Counted from the first letter of the stretch, positions 9,425-20,614 are shown. The stretch: DNA of 64,000 nucleotides from an uncultured Bacillaceae bacterium (GCA_963763245.1 CAVXNU010000011.1:157281-221280); one strand, 5' to 3'. A program made the numbers and translations. Notes: generated by a model from the letters alone, not told the origin.

Positions 9425-10819
9425 CTAGATCGACCCTTCCCGGGCCAGCGCGTCGGCGAGCTCGTCCAGCGTCCGCCGGGCGCGGGCGACCAGCTCGTCG
9501 CATTCGGCGTGGCTGATCACCAGCGGAGGCGCCACGACCATCGTGTCGCGCACCGCGCGCATGACCAACCCGTTCGCCACCGACAGGTCCCGGCAGCGCG
9601 TGCCGGCCGCGCCGACATCCTGAAAACGTGCCAGCGTCGCCTTGTCCGCCACAAGTTCCGCCGCGCCGATCAGCCCGACCATCCGCGCCTCGCCCACCAG
9701 CGGGTGATCGGCGAGCTCCAGCCAGCGCTCCTGCAGATAGGGGCCGATGTCGTCGCGCACGCGCTCGACCAGCCGCTCCTCGCGCAGGATGCGCAGGTTG
9801 GCGAGCCCCGCCGCGCACGCCAGCGGATGGCCGGAATAGGTGTAGCCGTGAAAGACCTCGCCGGCCTTGTCCAGGATCGGCCCGGCCACCCGGTCCGAGA
9901 TGTAGACGCCGCCCATCGGCACGTAGCCGCTCGTCATGCCCTTGGCGATCGGAGCGAGATCCGGCGTGACCCCCACGGTCTGCGAGCCCCACCAGTTGCC
10001 CGTCCGGCCAAAGCCGCAGATCACCTCGTCGACGACCAGCAGGATGTCGTAGTGTCGGCAGATACGCTCGATCTCGGGCCAGTAGCTGGCGGGCGGCACG
10101 ATGACGCCGCCCGCGCCCTGGAACGGCTCGCCGATGAAGGCGGCGACGGTCTCGGGCCCCACCTCCAGCAGCTTGGCCTCCAGCTCGCGGGCGCGCGCCA
10201 GCCCGAACTCCTCCGGGCTCATCCCGGTCTCGCGCCCCTCGCCGAACCAATAGGGCTGGCCGATATGGTGGATGCCCTCGATCGGCAGGCCCGACTGCCC
10301 GTGCATCGCGCTCATGCCGCCCAGCGAGGCCGAGGCGACCGTCGAGCCATGATAGGCGTTCACCCGGCTGATGAAGGCCTTTTTCGTCGGCCGCCCCAGA
10401 CAGTCCCAGTAGACGCGGGCCATGCGGAAGACGGTGTCGTTCGACTCCGAACCCGAGTTCGTGAAGAAGACGCGGCTCATGCCGGCCGGCGCCACCTCGG
10501 CGAGCGCCGCCGCGAACTCGGCAGCCGCCGGATGCGTCGACTGGAAAAACGTGTTGTAGTAGGCGAGCTCGCGCGCCTGCCGAGCGATCGCTTCGGCGAT
10601 CTCCTCGCGCCCATATCCCACCTGCACGCACCAGAGCCCCGACATGCCGTCGAGGATCTCGTTGCCCTCGGAATCGCGCAGCCAGACGCCGTGCCCGCCG
10701 GTGATGACGCGCACGCCCCGCCGCGCCAGATCGGCCGAGTCGGTGAACGGATGCCAGTGATGCGCCGCGTCCATCGCCTGGTACTCGGCAGTCGGGCGCA
10801 GGTTCCTAGCCATGTCCAT
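9425..10819 (-). CDS. Class III PLP aminotransferase (putrescine/omega-amino acid:pyruvate, SpuC-like)
   Basis: HHWHPFT, LDGMSGLWC, NSGSESND, AYHGST, DEVICGFGRTG, AKGMTSGY, HGYTYSGHP. Confidence 0.93.
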   Translation of the reverse strand: MDMARNLRPTAEYQAMDAAHHWHPFTDSADLARRGVRVITGGHGVWLRDSEGNEILDGMSGLWCVQVGYGREEIAEAIARQARELAYYNTFFQSTHPAAAEFAAALAEVAPAGMSRVFFTNSGSESNDTVFRMARVYWDCLGRPTKKAFISRVNAYHGSTVASASLGGMSAMHGQSGLPIEGIHHIGQPYWFGEGRETGMSPEEFGLARARELEAKLLEVGPETVAAFIGEPFQGAGGVIVPPASYWPEIERICRHYDILLVVDEVICGFGRTGNWWGSQTVGVTPDLAPIAKGMTSGYVPMGGVYISDRVAGPILDKAGEVFHGYTYSGHPLACAAGLANLRILREERLVERVRDDIGPYLQERWLELADHPLVGEARMVGLIGAAELVADKATLARFQDVGAAGTRCRDLSVANGLVMRAVRDTMVVAPPLVISHAECDELVARARRTLDELADALAREGSI

Positions 10820-10938
10820 CGGCGCTCTCCGGTAAGATATGCAGGCTTGTCGCGCGCCGGACGCGAGGGCGTCAAGCGGTCACGCCGGCCGGCGCGCGCC
10901 GGATCCACCGGACCGGGCAGGGGGCTATGCGCACAGGG

Positions 10939-12690
10939 TCACTGCGGCAGCCCGGCCGCGGCCAGCGCCGGGATGACCGGCTCGTAGATGCGCGGGTCGA
11001 CCGCCCGCGGCGTCATCATGCGCTCCATGAAGCGCATGACGGTGAAGCTCGGCTCGAGCGCCGTCAGCTTGGCGGCCAGCGCCGCCGCGCGCTCGCCGCG
11101 GCCGAGCAGCTGCAGCGCCGCCACCTCGATCACCCGGAAGGTGACGACGCTGTTCTCGAACAGCCGCGCGCGTTCGACGGAGGCGAGCGCCCCCTGCCAG
11201 TCGCGCCGCGCCAGGTGCGCCAGCGCCATGCCGTAATGGATGCGGTAGGCCATCGGGTCGCGCGGGTTCAGCCGCAGCGCCCGCTCGCCATGCGCCAGCG
11301 CCGGCTCGCTGCGGCCCCGCATGCCGTTCAGCAGGCAGCTCGAGCCCCAGGCCGAGACGCAGTTGGGGCTGGCCTCGACGGCGCGCTCGACATGCAGCAG
11401 GCCGCGCTCGAAGCCCTCGGTGTAGAAGGCCAGCACATAGCCGGCATAGGCGGACGCCTCGACATCGGCGTCGGGCGCGGCGAAGACGGCGTCGGCCAGC
11501 CGCAGCGCCAGCTCGGTGCGCTCCGGGCTCGGCCCGAACAGCGGGTGCCAGACCAGCGTGTGCAGCCAGGCGCGCATGCCGTTGGCGATCGGATAGCTCG
11601 GCGCCAGCCGGATCGCCGCCGCCAGCGAGGCGTCGGCCTCGCGCATCCAGAACCGGTTCACCTCGGACTGGGCATGCAGGAAGTGGTCATAGGCATCCAG
11701 GCTGTCGGGCCGCTTCAGCGCCGCCCGGCCCATCTCGGCGTTGCGGATCTCGGGCGCGATGGCCGCCACGACAGCCTCGGTGATCCTGTCCTGCAGCTCG
11801 AAGACGTCGCGCATCTCGCCGTCGAAATGGTCGGCCCAGAGATGCCCGCCCGTCTCGGCATCGATCAGCTGCCCGGTCACGCGCAGCCGGTCGCCCGCCC
11901 GCCGAACGCTGCCCTCGAGGATGTAGCGCACGCCGAGCTCGCGCCCGACGCGCCTGATGTCGACGGCCAGCCCGCGATAGGAGAAGGACGAGTTCCGCGC
12001 GATGACGAACAGCCAGGGCACCCGGCTCAGCGCCGTGATGATGTCCTCGGTGATGCCTTCCGCGAAATAGTCCTGCTCGCCGCCCCCCGGGGACCGGACA
12101 GACATGTCGTCGAAGGCCAGCACGGCGACCGAGGGCTTGGACGGCCGCTCCGGCTCTGCCGCCGCCGGCGGCGCGGCGCCGTCCAGCAGCACGGCAAAGG
12201 CGCGCACCGGGCGGTGAATGTTCTTCAGCCGCTGCTCGCCTAAGTTGAGAAAGCCCAGATCCATCTTGTCGGCGACGTCGTCGTGCACCCGCCCCGACAC
12301 GACGATGCCGCCCGGCTGGGCGACGCCCTGCAGCCGCGCCGCGATGTTGACGCCGTCGCCCAGGATATCGTCGCCGTCGACGACGACGTCGCCGGTGTGG
12401 ATGCCCATCCGGAACGCCATCTGCAGCCCTTCGGGCTGAGCGGCGTTGCGCTCGGCCAGCTGTCGCTGCATTGCGACCGCGCAGGAGACGGCGGCCACGA
12501 CCGAGCTGAACTCGGCCAGGAACCCGTCGCCCGTCGATTTCACGAGACGCCCGCCGTTCAGCCCGATCATCGGCTCGATCGCCGCCAGATGCCCCTTCAG
12601 CGCACGCACCGCGCCAGCCTCGTCGCGGCCGAGCAACGCGCTGAAGCCCACCACGTCGGCGGCGAGAATGGCGGCGAGGCGACGGTCCAA
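10939..12690 (-). CDS. Class III adenylate/guanylate cyclase with TolB-N-like and TPR domains
   Basis: RRLAAILAADVVGFS, KSTGDGFL, FRMGIHTGD, GDGVNIAARL, PSVAVLAF, VIARNSSF. Confidence 0.92.
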   Translation of the reverse strand: MDRRLAAILAADVVGFSALLGRDEAGAVRALKGHLAAIEPMIGLNGGRLVKSTGDGFLAEFSSVVAAVSCAVAMQRQLAERNAAQPEGLQMAFRMGIHTGDVVVDGDDILGDGVNIAARLQGVAQPGGIVVSGRVHDDVADKMDLGFLNLGEQRLKNIHRPVRAFAVLLDGAAPPAAAEPERPSKPSVAVLAFDDMSVRSPGGGEQDYFAEGITEDIITALSRVPWLFVIARNSSFSYRGLAVDIRRVGRELGVRYILEGSVRRAGDRLRVTGQLIDAETGGHLWADHFDGEMRDVFELQDRITEAVVAAIAPEIRNAEMGRAALKRPDSLDAYDHFLHAQSEVNRFWMREADASLAAAIRLAPSYPIANGMRAWLHTLVWHPLFGPSPERTELALRLADAVFAAPDADVEASAYAGYVLAFYTEGFERGLLHVERAVEASPNCVSAWGSSCLLNGMRGRSEPALAHGERALRLNPRDPMAYRIHYGMALAHLARRDWQGALASVERARLFENSVVTFRVIEVAALQLLGRGERAAALAAKLTALEPSFTVMRFMERMMTPRAVDPRIYEPVIPALAAAGLPQ

Positions 12691-12942
12691 GAGGTGGTCT
12701 CCGAGGGTTTGCAGTACTCTATTGAATGCCGCAGGCGAGCGATATCGATTTCCGCTAACCCCCAGGGTTGTCGTGGCTGGTCAGCTGTCCCGACCATTGC
12801 AGTGCGGCTCGGATTGTGGCCATGTCCCGCGCGATATGCTCGGAAACAAAGGCGCCGCTGTGACGAAGATCACCGCCCACCGGCTGAACCGCAAGCGTGC
12901 CGGCATGCATGGCATCGGGGGCGCGGCTTGGCCCGTCGCCGC

Positions 12943-14362
12943 ATGAAGGACGCGGCACCAGAGGGGGGGCCGGCGGCAGGCCGAGAGGCGGACATCGAGC
13001 CCTCGGCCCAGCGGATGCCCTTCGCGGGCGAGCTCGCCGCCTTCCGCGCGGCGCATCCCGATGTCGCGTCGGCCGAGGTCTTCGTCATCGACCTGAACGG
13101 CACGGCGCGCGGCAAGCTGGTGCCGATGGAAACGCTCGCCAAGCTGGGCAAGGGCGGGATGAAGATGCCGTCCTCGACGCCCGGCCTCGACATCTTCGGC
13201 GAGGACGTCGAGGAGGCCGGCATCGCCATCCAGACGGGCGACCCCGACGGCGCGCTCGACGCGGTGCCGGGCTCGCTCGGGCCCATGCTGTGGGCGGCGC
13301 GCCCCACGGCGCAGGTGCAGGCGACCATCCGCATGCCCGACGGGGCGCTCTCGCCCTTCGACCCGCGCAATGTTCTGGCCCGGGTGGTCGCAGCAGGCAG
13401 CGGCGCGTGGGCTGACCCCGTGCGTGGCGCTCGAGCTCGAGTTCTTCCTGATCGACCCGCGCGAGCCCTGTCCGCCCATGCATCCGGCCTGCGGCGGCCG
13501 GCTCGCCGCCAACCAGGTCTACGACCTCGAGCTCCTGCGCGCCTTCGAGCCCGTCATCGCGCGCATCACGGCCGCCGCGCACGCCCTTGGCGCGCCGGCC
13601 GAGACGGTGATCGCCGAGTTCGGCACCGGCCAGTTCGAGGTCAACCTCCTCCACGTCGCCGACGCGCTCGCCGCCGCCGACAAGATGGTGGCGCTGAAGC
13701 GCGCCATCCGCGGTGTGGCGCGCGCCGAGGGCTACGATGCCACCTTCATGCCGAAACCCTATGGCGACAAGGTCGGATCGGGCCTGCACCTGCATCTCAG
13801 CCTGCTCGACGCTGCCGGCCGCAACGTCTTCGACGCCGGCGCCCCCATGCCCAACGAGACCATGCGCCATGCCTTGGCCGGCATGCTGCGCCACATGGCC
13901 GACTGCCAGCTGATCTTCGCGCCGCACCTGAACTCGTACCGACGCATGGTGCCCGGCAGCTTCGTCCCCGTCGAGGCGCACTGGGCCTTCGACAACCGCG
14001 GCTCGGCGCTGCGCCTGCCCGAGACGGCGGGCCCCGGTGCCCGAATCGAGCACCGCGTCGCGGGTTCGGACGCAAACCCCTATCTGGTGACGGCCGCCGT
14101 CATCGCCGCGGTTCTGGCCGGCCTCGACGAGCGCGCCGACCCACCGTCGCCGCTCGAAGGCCGGATCGTGCCGGGCCAGGGCGAGCCCTTGCCGCTCTCC
14201 TGGGCTTCGGCCGAGCGGCGCTTCTCGCGCTCGGACTTCGTCGCCCGCTGGCTCGGCGAGCCCTTCCGCCACATCTACGGCGCGCAAAAGCGCCAGGAGC
14301 AGGCGCACATGCTGACGCTCGTGACCGACCGCGAATACGAGGTCTACCTCCGCCGCGTCTGA
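12943..14362 (+). CDS. Glutamine synthetase family (gamma-glutamyl-polyamine ligase, PuuA-like); apparent frameshift ~13395
   Basis: DLNGTARGK and GDPDG in the first frame; ELEFFL, EFGTGQFE, ATFMPKP, GSGLHLHLS, RIEHRVAGSDANPY in the second. Confidence 0.88.
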
Positions 14363-14428
14363 GGCGCGCCGACCAAGCCAGGCGACCAGGCTTGCCCGCG
14401 CGGGCGAGCAACGCAGCCCTGCCTCCCT

Positions 14429-15211
14429 TCAGGCGAGGGCGGGCCCGCCCCCCGCGGGGCCGGTCTGCGGCACCAGGCCGGCCGCCGCGACGGCGTCCCG
14501 CAGCCGCCGGTCGTAATCGCCGGCAAGCTCGCGCAGCGCCGCCGCGCCGTCCCCCTCGAAGGTCGGCCCATGCATCAGTGCCAGCCGGCGCGGTGCCAGC
14601 CCGGCCAGCCTCCGGATCGTCGCCCCCATCCCTGGGTTGAGGCTCGAGAAACGGAACATGTCCTCGGCCGCGACCGCCGGCCCGACGATGTCTCCGGTCG
14701 CCAGCGCCGCCCCGCCGCCCGTCTGCGTGAAGAGGTCGCCGCACAGCAGCGTCCCCGTCGTCTCCTCGTACATCACCCCCGCATCCCAGCCGTGCGGGAT
14801 GTGCGGCGTGTCGAGGTAGTGGACGCGCCGGCCCCCCAGATCGATCGCCTCGCCATCCTCCAGCACGCGCGGCGGCCGGTCCGCCATGTCGGTCAGCGAC
14901 ACGGCCGCGCCCGTCCGTCCATGCGCCACCTCGGCCCGCGGCGCCACCGCCAGCCAGTCGTTCATCGCCCCGCACTCGTCGGCCTCGTAATGGCCGAAGG
15001 CGATCCAACGCAGCCGTTCGGGGGCAACAACCCGGCCGACGGCCGCGTGCAGCGCCGGGAACATCCGGCGCAGCCCGGCGTGGAACAGCAGCGGCTCGTC
15101 GCCGAGCACGAGGAAATGATTGAAGGTGAACCCGGCCGGCGGCGCGATCTCGGGCACGAAGACCGAAAAGCGGAAGATGCCCCCGGCGATCTCGTCCGTC
15201 CTGGTCTCCAC
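14429..15211 (-). CDS. Metallo-beta-lactamase-fold protein (FprA/ODP-like di-iron domain)
   Basis: FGHYEADECG, TPHIPHGW, LLCGDLF, MHG. Confidence 0.85.
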   Translation of the reverse strand: METRTDEIAGGIFRFSVFVPEIAPPAGFTFNHFLVLGDEPLLFHAGLRRMFPALHAAVGRVVAPERLRWIAFGHYEADECGAMNDWLAVAPRAEVAHGRTGAAVSLTDMADRPPRVLEDGEAIDLGGRRVHYLDTPHIPHGWDAGVMYEETTGTLLCGDLFTQTGGGAALATGDIVGPAVAAEDMFRFSSLNPGMGATIRRLAGLAPRRLALMHGPTFEGDGAAALRELAGDYDRRLRDAVAAAGLVPQTGPAGGGPALA

Positions 15212-15310
15212 GTCGGCTCCCCTTGCAGTCCTGCCCCACTATGACGCAGGGGAAGCCTTCGGGAAAGCGGGCAGCCGCGCATCGCCAGCCCGCCGGGATC
15301 GACGTGTGCC

Positions 15311-16387
15311 TCACCCGTCGATGCGGCGCGCTTCCGTCTCGACCCGGGCCACCCGGGCGCGCATCTCGTCCGGGCGCAAAAGGCCGCTCGTCGTGTCGAG
15401 GTGCTCGACCACGCTCGACGCGTTGACCGCCGCCTCGCGCATGGCGGCTTCGGGCGCCATGCCCTCGGCCAGCGCGGCGCTCAGCGTCGAGCAGAAACCG
15501 TCGCCCGCGCCCGCCGTGCCCTGCACCTCGGCGGGCACGACCGGGTGCCAAAGCACCGCGTCTGGCGTCGCGAGGTAGGATCCGTCCTTGCCGTCGGTGA
15601 TCGTCACCCAGCGCGGCCCGGCCGCCTGCACCGCCCGCAGGAACCGGACGACGCCCATATGAAATCCGCCGAAGCTGAGCCCGCGACGCAGCAGGGCAGG
15701 CGCATCGGTCGGCGCCGCAGCGTCAGGGCCTTCGGCCCGGGGCGCAAAGCAGGGCACCAGCGCCTCGGCCTCGACGCGGTTGATGTTCAGCAGGTCGAGG
15801 TTCTCCAGCGCCGCCAGGAACCCCGCCGTCCGCGCCGTCAGCTGGCGGATGCCGGGGTTGGCCGCGACGATCGCCCCGGCGGCCTTGGCCTGCTCCAGGA
15901 TGTGCGGGAAGCAGTCCGCCGATTCGTTCGACAGCGGCCCGACATAGACGAGGTCGAAGCCGCGGAACGCCTCGGCCGGCAGCTCGTCGACCCGGATCGT
16001 CTCGTTGGCGCCGCGGTGCACGAAGATCGAGGCGTTTCGGTCATGGCTGGCGATCATCACAGCCTTGCCCGTCGCCGTGCCGGGCGCCTCGATCAGCCGC
16101 GCCTCGATGCCCTCGTTGTCGAGGTGCCGGCGCACCTCGTCGGCCGCCGGGTCGTCGCCCGTCTTGGCCGTCACCGCCGCAGCCCAACCGCGCCGGGCGA
16201 GGCTGACCGCCGTGTTGCAGGCGCCGCCGCCGACATGCCAGGTGATCGCCTTGGCCGGCACCTTCCGGCCCGTCTCGAGCATCAGATAGGTCTTGCCGTC
16301 ATTGCTGAAGCTCGCCTGCTCGATGTCCTCGGACGCCACCAGCGTGACGGTGTCGATCATGGCCGAGCCGATATGCAGCGATCGCAT
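15311..16387 (-). CDS. PfkB family carbohydrate kinase
   Basis: GGGACNTAVSLAR, NRVEAE, GTAGAGDGF. Confidence 0.9.
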   Translation of the reverse strand: MRSLHIGSAMIDTVTLVASEDIEQASFSNDGKTYLMLETGRKVPAKAITWHVGGGACNTAVSLARRGWAAAVTAKTGDDPAADEVRRHLDNEGIEARLIEAPGTATGKAVMIASHDRNASIFVHRGANETIRVDELPAEAFRGFDLVYVGPLSNESADCFPHILEQAKAAGAIVAANPGIRQLTARTAGFLAALENLDLLNINRVEAEALVPCFAPRAEGPDAAAPTDAPALLRRGLSFGGFHMGVVRFLRAVQAAGPRWVTITDGKDGSYLATPDAVLWHPVVPAEVQGTAGAGDGFCSTLSAALAEGMAPEAAMREAAVNASSVVEHLDTTSGLLRPDEMRARVARVETEARRIDG

Positions 16388-16497
16388 GCCACCCTCCTGC
16401 CGGGCCTGGCCGATCCGAGGGAACGCCTCGCACCGGCCGCCCGTTTCCGAAACGTATGGGCGCGTGCCCCAACTGACAGGCAAACGCAAGGATGCGC

Positions 16498-16656
16498 ATG
16501 AAACGCTACGAGCCGCAGGACCCCAGGGCCAACGAGCCCGGCGACCACCCGGTGAACGCCGAGCGCAAGGGCAATTGGCGCGTCGCCGCCGTCAGCACCG
16601 GGCTGGCCTTTGTCGTCGTCATCATCATCGGCTTCGCCTTCGGCTGGATCTATTGA
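16498..16656 (+). CDS. Small single-pass membrane protein (52 aa), not in the ORF track
   Basis: MKRYEPQDPRANEPGDHPVNAERKGNWRVAAVSTGLAFVVVIIIGFAFGWIY*; AAGGA upstream; GC3-rich codons. Confidence 0.6.
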   Translation: MKRYEPQDPRANEPGDHPVNAERKGNWRVAAVSTGLAFVVVIIIGFAFGWIY

Positions 16657-16683
16657 CGGTCACCGGATTTTGATGGCCCCCGG

Positions 16684-17082
16684 ATGCTGACCACGCCCAC
16701 CGTCATCGAGATTGGCACCGACAATCCCGCCGTGCACGCCTTCGAGATCAGGGGCGGCACGCGGGCCGAGGACATCCGCGCCATGGCGCGCCACATGGAG
16801 GCGGTGTTCGACGAAGCCGGCACGGTTGGCGGGGAGGTCTCGATGCTCCTGCGCATGCGCGACTACGAGCTGGGCGACGCGCTGCGCTCGACCGGTTTCG
16901 AGACGCTCCGGGCGCAGATGCGCTCGCCCTGGCGCGTCGCGAAATACGCCGTCATCGGCGCCCCGCCCGCGGCGCGGACGATGATCGAGACGATGGCGCC
17001 GCTCATCCCCGTCGACGCCCGGACCTTCGCGCCCGAGCAGGAGGCCGAGGCCTGGGCCTTCGTCGACGCTCAGCCCCGCTGA
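16684..17082 (+). CDS. SpoIIAA-like (STAS/SEC14) family protein
   Basis: HAFEIRG..KYAVIGAP..ARTFAPEQEAEAWAFV pattern. Confidence 0.75.
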   Translation: MLTTPTVIEIGTDNPAVHAFEIRGGTRAEDIRAMARHMEAVFDEAGTVGGEVSMLLRMRDYELGDALRSTGFETLRAQMRSPWRVAKYAVIGAPPAARTMIETMAPLIPVDARTFAPEQEAEAWAFVDAQPR

Positions 17083-17134
17083 CGCAGGCAGGAGAGGCGG
17101 GGGTTACGCCCCCGACCCTCGATCCGAACAGCGC

Positions 17135-18022
17135 TCACCCAGCCGCTTCCAGCTTGTTCTGCGTGCGCGTCTCGAAGTCGCCGGCGGCGTGGCGCTCGCG
17201 CAGCTGCTGCTCCAGCGGCCCGGTGATGCGGTTGACCATGCGGCCGCGCCTGACGGCCGGCCGGGCCCCGACCTCCTCCGTCCAGCGGACCACGTTCCCG
17301 TAGCTTTGCGCGTCGAGGAACCCGGCCGCGTCGAACCCCTCGCCGCTGTAGAGCGCACCCGTCGTCAGCACGCCGTACCAGGGCCAGATCGCCATGTCGG
17401 CGATGGTGTACTCGTCGCCGCAGACGAACCGCCGCTCGGCCAGGTTGCGGTCGAGCACGTCCAGCTGCCGCTTCACCTCCATCGCATAGCGGTTGATCGG
17501 ATACTCCATCTTCTCGGGCGCATAGGCGTAGAAATGGCCGAACCCGCCGCCCAGATAGGGCGCCGAGCCCATCTGCCAGAACAGCCACGACAGGCACTCG
17601 GCCCGCGCCGAGGGCTCCTGCGGCACGAAGGCGCCGAACTTCTCGGCCAGGTAGAGCAGGATCGCGCCCAACTCGAACACCCGCACTGGCTGGCTCAGGC
17701 TGTGGTCGACCAGCGCCGGGATCTTGGAGTTCGGGTTGATCGCGACAAAGCCGCTGCCGAACTGGTCGCCCTCGCGGATGTTGATCACCCAGGCGTCGTA
17801 CTCGGCGTCGTGCCCGGCCGCGAGCAGCTCCTCGAGCAGCACCGTCACCTTCACGCCGTTCGGCGTGGCGAGCGAATAGAGCTGCAGGGGATGCTTGCCG
17901 ACCGGCAGCTCCTTCTGGTGCTGGGCCCCGGCGGTCGGGCGGTTGATGCTGGCGAAATGGCCGCCGCTCGGGGCGTCCCAGGTCCACACCTTCGGCGGCA
18001 CATAGGCGGTGGCGTCGTTCAT
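17135..18022 (-). CDS. yghU: Glutathione-dependent disulfide-bond oxidoreductase (Nu-class GST)
   Basis: YVPPKVWTW, INRPTAG, YSLATPNGVKV, NPNSKIPAL, WQMGSAPYLGGGFGHFYAYAP. Confidence 0.93.
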   Translation of the reverse strand: MNDATAYVPPKVWTWDAPSGGHFASINRPTAGAQHQKELPVGKHPLQLYSLATPNGVKVTVLLEELLAAGHDAEYDAWVINIREGDQFGSGFVAINPNSKIPALVDHSLSQPVRVFELGAILLYLAEKFGAFVPQEPSARAECLSWLFWQMGSAPYLGGGFGHFYAYAPEKMEYPINRYAMEVKRQLDVLDRNLAERRFVCGDEYTIADMAIWPWYGVLTTGALYSGEGFDAAGFLDAQSYGNVVRWTEEVGARPAVRRGRMVNRITGPLEQQLRERHAAGDFETRTQNKLEAAG

Positions 18023-18240
18023 GAGCGGTCTCCGCTGTTACGGCGCAGCGAACTTCCACACTGCTGGCCGGCTAGCTGGGAAGAGATCGGCCTTTGGCAA
18101 TGGGAAACCTCGCGTCCTGCAGCGGAAACGCGCGAAATCACAACGGTGCTCGTCGCGGGATCGTGAACGGGCCGCGGCCGAGCCGGCGCCGTTCCGCCGG
18201 GGCTGGACGTCCCTCGCGGCGCGCGTCATGGTGCCGGCCG

Positions 18241-19745
18241 ATGCGCCCGAACATCCTCGTCCTCATGGTCGACCAGCTGAACGGCACGCTCTGGCCGGAC
18301 GGCCCGGCCGAGTGGCTGCACGCGCCGAACCTGCGCCGCCTCGCCCAGCGCTCGACGCGGTTCGCCAACGCCTACACAGCCTCGCCGCTCTGCGCCCCGG
18401 CGCGGGCCAGCTTCATGTCCGGCCAGCTGCCCCGCCGCACGCGCGTCTACGACAACGCCGCCGAGTTCGCCTCGGCCATCCCGACCTATGCCCACCATCT
18501 GCGGCGCGCCGGCTATCGCACCGTGCTGTCGGGCAAGATGCACTTCGTCGGCCCCGACCAGCTGCACGGGCTCGAGGAGCGGCTGACGACCGACATCTAC
18601 CCTGCGGATTTCGGCTGGACGCCCGATTACCGCCGCCCCGGCGAGCGCATCGACTGGTGGTATCACAACCTGGGCTCGGTGACTGGCGCGGGCGTGGCCG
18701 AGATCACCAACCAGCTGGAATACGACGACGAGGTCGCCTTCCACGCCGTCCGCCGCCTCTACGACTTCGCCCGCGCGGGCGACGCGCCCTGGTGCCTGAC
18801 GGTCAGCTTCACCCACCCGCACGACCCTTATGTCGCCCGCCGCCGGCACTGGGACCTTTACGAGGGCTGCGACCACCTCGCCCCGGAGGTCGCCGCCATT
18901 CCCTACGGTCGAGCAGGACCCGCACAGCCGCCGCCTGCTCGACGCCTCGGACTGGCGCGCCTTCGAGATCACGCCCGAGCACGTCGCCCGCGCCCGGCGC
19001 GGCTATTTCGCCTCGATCAGCTACATCGACGAGAAGATCGGCGAGGTCTTGGCGGCGCTCGAGGCGACGCGGCAGGAGGCGGCCATCGTCTTCCTCTCGG
19101 ACCATGGCGACATGCTGGGCGAGCGCGGCCTCTGGTTCAAGATGAGCTTCTACGACGGCGCGTCCCGCGTGCCGCTGACGATCGCCGCGCCCGGGCTGCC
19201 GGCCGGGCGCATCGACGCGCCCGTCTCCACCCTCGACGTCCTGCCGACGCTCGCCGCGCTCGCCGGCGTGCCTCTCGACGAGGTGCATGCCCTGGACCGA
19301 CGGCGAGTCGCTGGTGCCGCTGGCGACCGGCACGCCGCGCGCGACGCCCGTGCCGATGGAATACGCCGCCGAAGGCACGGTCGCGCCCATGGTCGCGCTG
19401 CGCCAGGGCCGCTGGAAGCACGTCCGCTGCGCCGCCGACCCCGACCAGCTCTTCGACCTGCAGGCCGACCCGCACGAGCTGACGGACCTCGCCGGGGATC
19501 CCGCGCATGCCGAGACGCTGGGCCGGCTGCGCGCGGCGAGCGTGGCGCGCTGGGACCTCGCCGCCTACGACGCCGAGGTCCGCGAAAGCCAGGCGCGGCG
19601 GCACGTGGTCTACGCGGCGCTGCGCAACGGCGCCTATTACCCGTGGGATTTTCAGCCGCTGCAGCGCGCCTCCGAGCGGTACATGCGCAACCACATGGAC
19701 TTGAACGTGCTCGAGGAGCAGAAACGGTTTCCGCGGGGCGAGTAG
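18241..19745 (+). CDS. betC: Choline sulfatase; apparent frameshifts ~18905 and ~19285
   Basis: PNILVLMVDQL, SPLCAPAR, GKMHFVGPDQLHG, SDHGDMLGERGLWFKM, YMRNHMDLN across three frames. Confidence 0.92.
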
Positions 19746-19826
19746 CGCCCGGCGGACCGCGCATTCCACCTGACGCCGGCGGCCGGCCCTCGGGCCAGGG
19801 GATCGGCGAGGAGAGGAGACACCCCA

Positions 19827-20465
19827 ATGATCATCGTGCATGGCCGCGCCACCTCGTCGAACGTCCAGATCGTGATGTGGGCCATCGGCGAGCTCGGGCT
19901 GAAATACGAGCGACGCGACGTCGGCGGGCGGTTCGGCGGCACCGACACGCCCGAGTACCGGGCGATGAACCCCAACGGTCGCGTCCCCGTGATCCAGGAC
20001 GGCGAGCTGACCATGTTCGAGTCGCCCGCCATCCTGCGCTATCTCGCCGGCACCTATGGCAAGGACCCGTTCTGGCCGGCCGAGCCCAAGCGCCGCGCCG
20101 AGCTCGACATGTGGGCCGAGTGGATGAAGACCTCGTTCTGCGTCGCCTTCGCCAACGACATCTTCTGGCCGCTGATCCGCACCCGCGAAAAGGACCGCGA
20201 CGCCAAGCAGGTCGCGCGGGGCGAATCCGAGCTCGCCCGCCTCGCGCCGATGATCGACCGGCGCATCGGCAAGGGGCCCTGGCTCGGCGGCGAGGACTTC
20301 ACCTTTGCCGACATCATGGTGGGCCACATCCTCTACCGCTATTTCGACGTCGATTTTGCGCGCGTGCCGACCCCGCATCTCGAGGCCTACTACAAGCGCT
20401 GCACCGATCGCCCCGCCTACCGCGAGCACGTCATGGTCAGCTACGACTCCCTCCGCGTCAGCTGA
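19827..20465 (+). CDS. Glutathione S-transferase family protein
   Basis: GRATSSNVQ, NPNGRVP, ESPAILRYL, FTFADI. Confidence 0.92.
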   Translation: MIIVHGRATSSNVQIVMWAIGELGLKYERRDVGGRFGGTDTPEYRAMNPNGRVPVIQDGELTMFESPAILRYLAGTYGKDPFWPAEPKRRAELDMWAEWMKTSFCVAFANDIFWPLIRTREKDRDAKQVARGESELARLAPMIDRRIGKGPWLGGEDFTFADIMVGHILYRYFDVDFARVPTPHLEAYYKRCTDRPAYREHVMVSYDSLRVS

Positions 20466-20500
20466 CGTGACCGCGGCCACCCGCATCCGGGAGCAACGCG

Positions 20501-20614
20501 CCCCCTCCCCCCTTGTGGGGGAGGGCTGGGGAGGGCGCGGGCGCGCGGCCGCCTTCCACACCCGAGCGCGACAGGGCCCCTCCCCCCTCGGTGGGGAGGA
20601 ATGGGGAGGGGGGG
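20501..20614. repeat. Two tandem GC-rich palindromic REP-like elements
   Basis: CCCCCTCCCCCCTTGTGGGGGAGGG..GGGGAGGG at 20501-20535 and CCCCTCCCCCCTCGGTGGGGAGGA..GGGGAGGGGGGG at 20577-20614. Confidence 0.65.
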
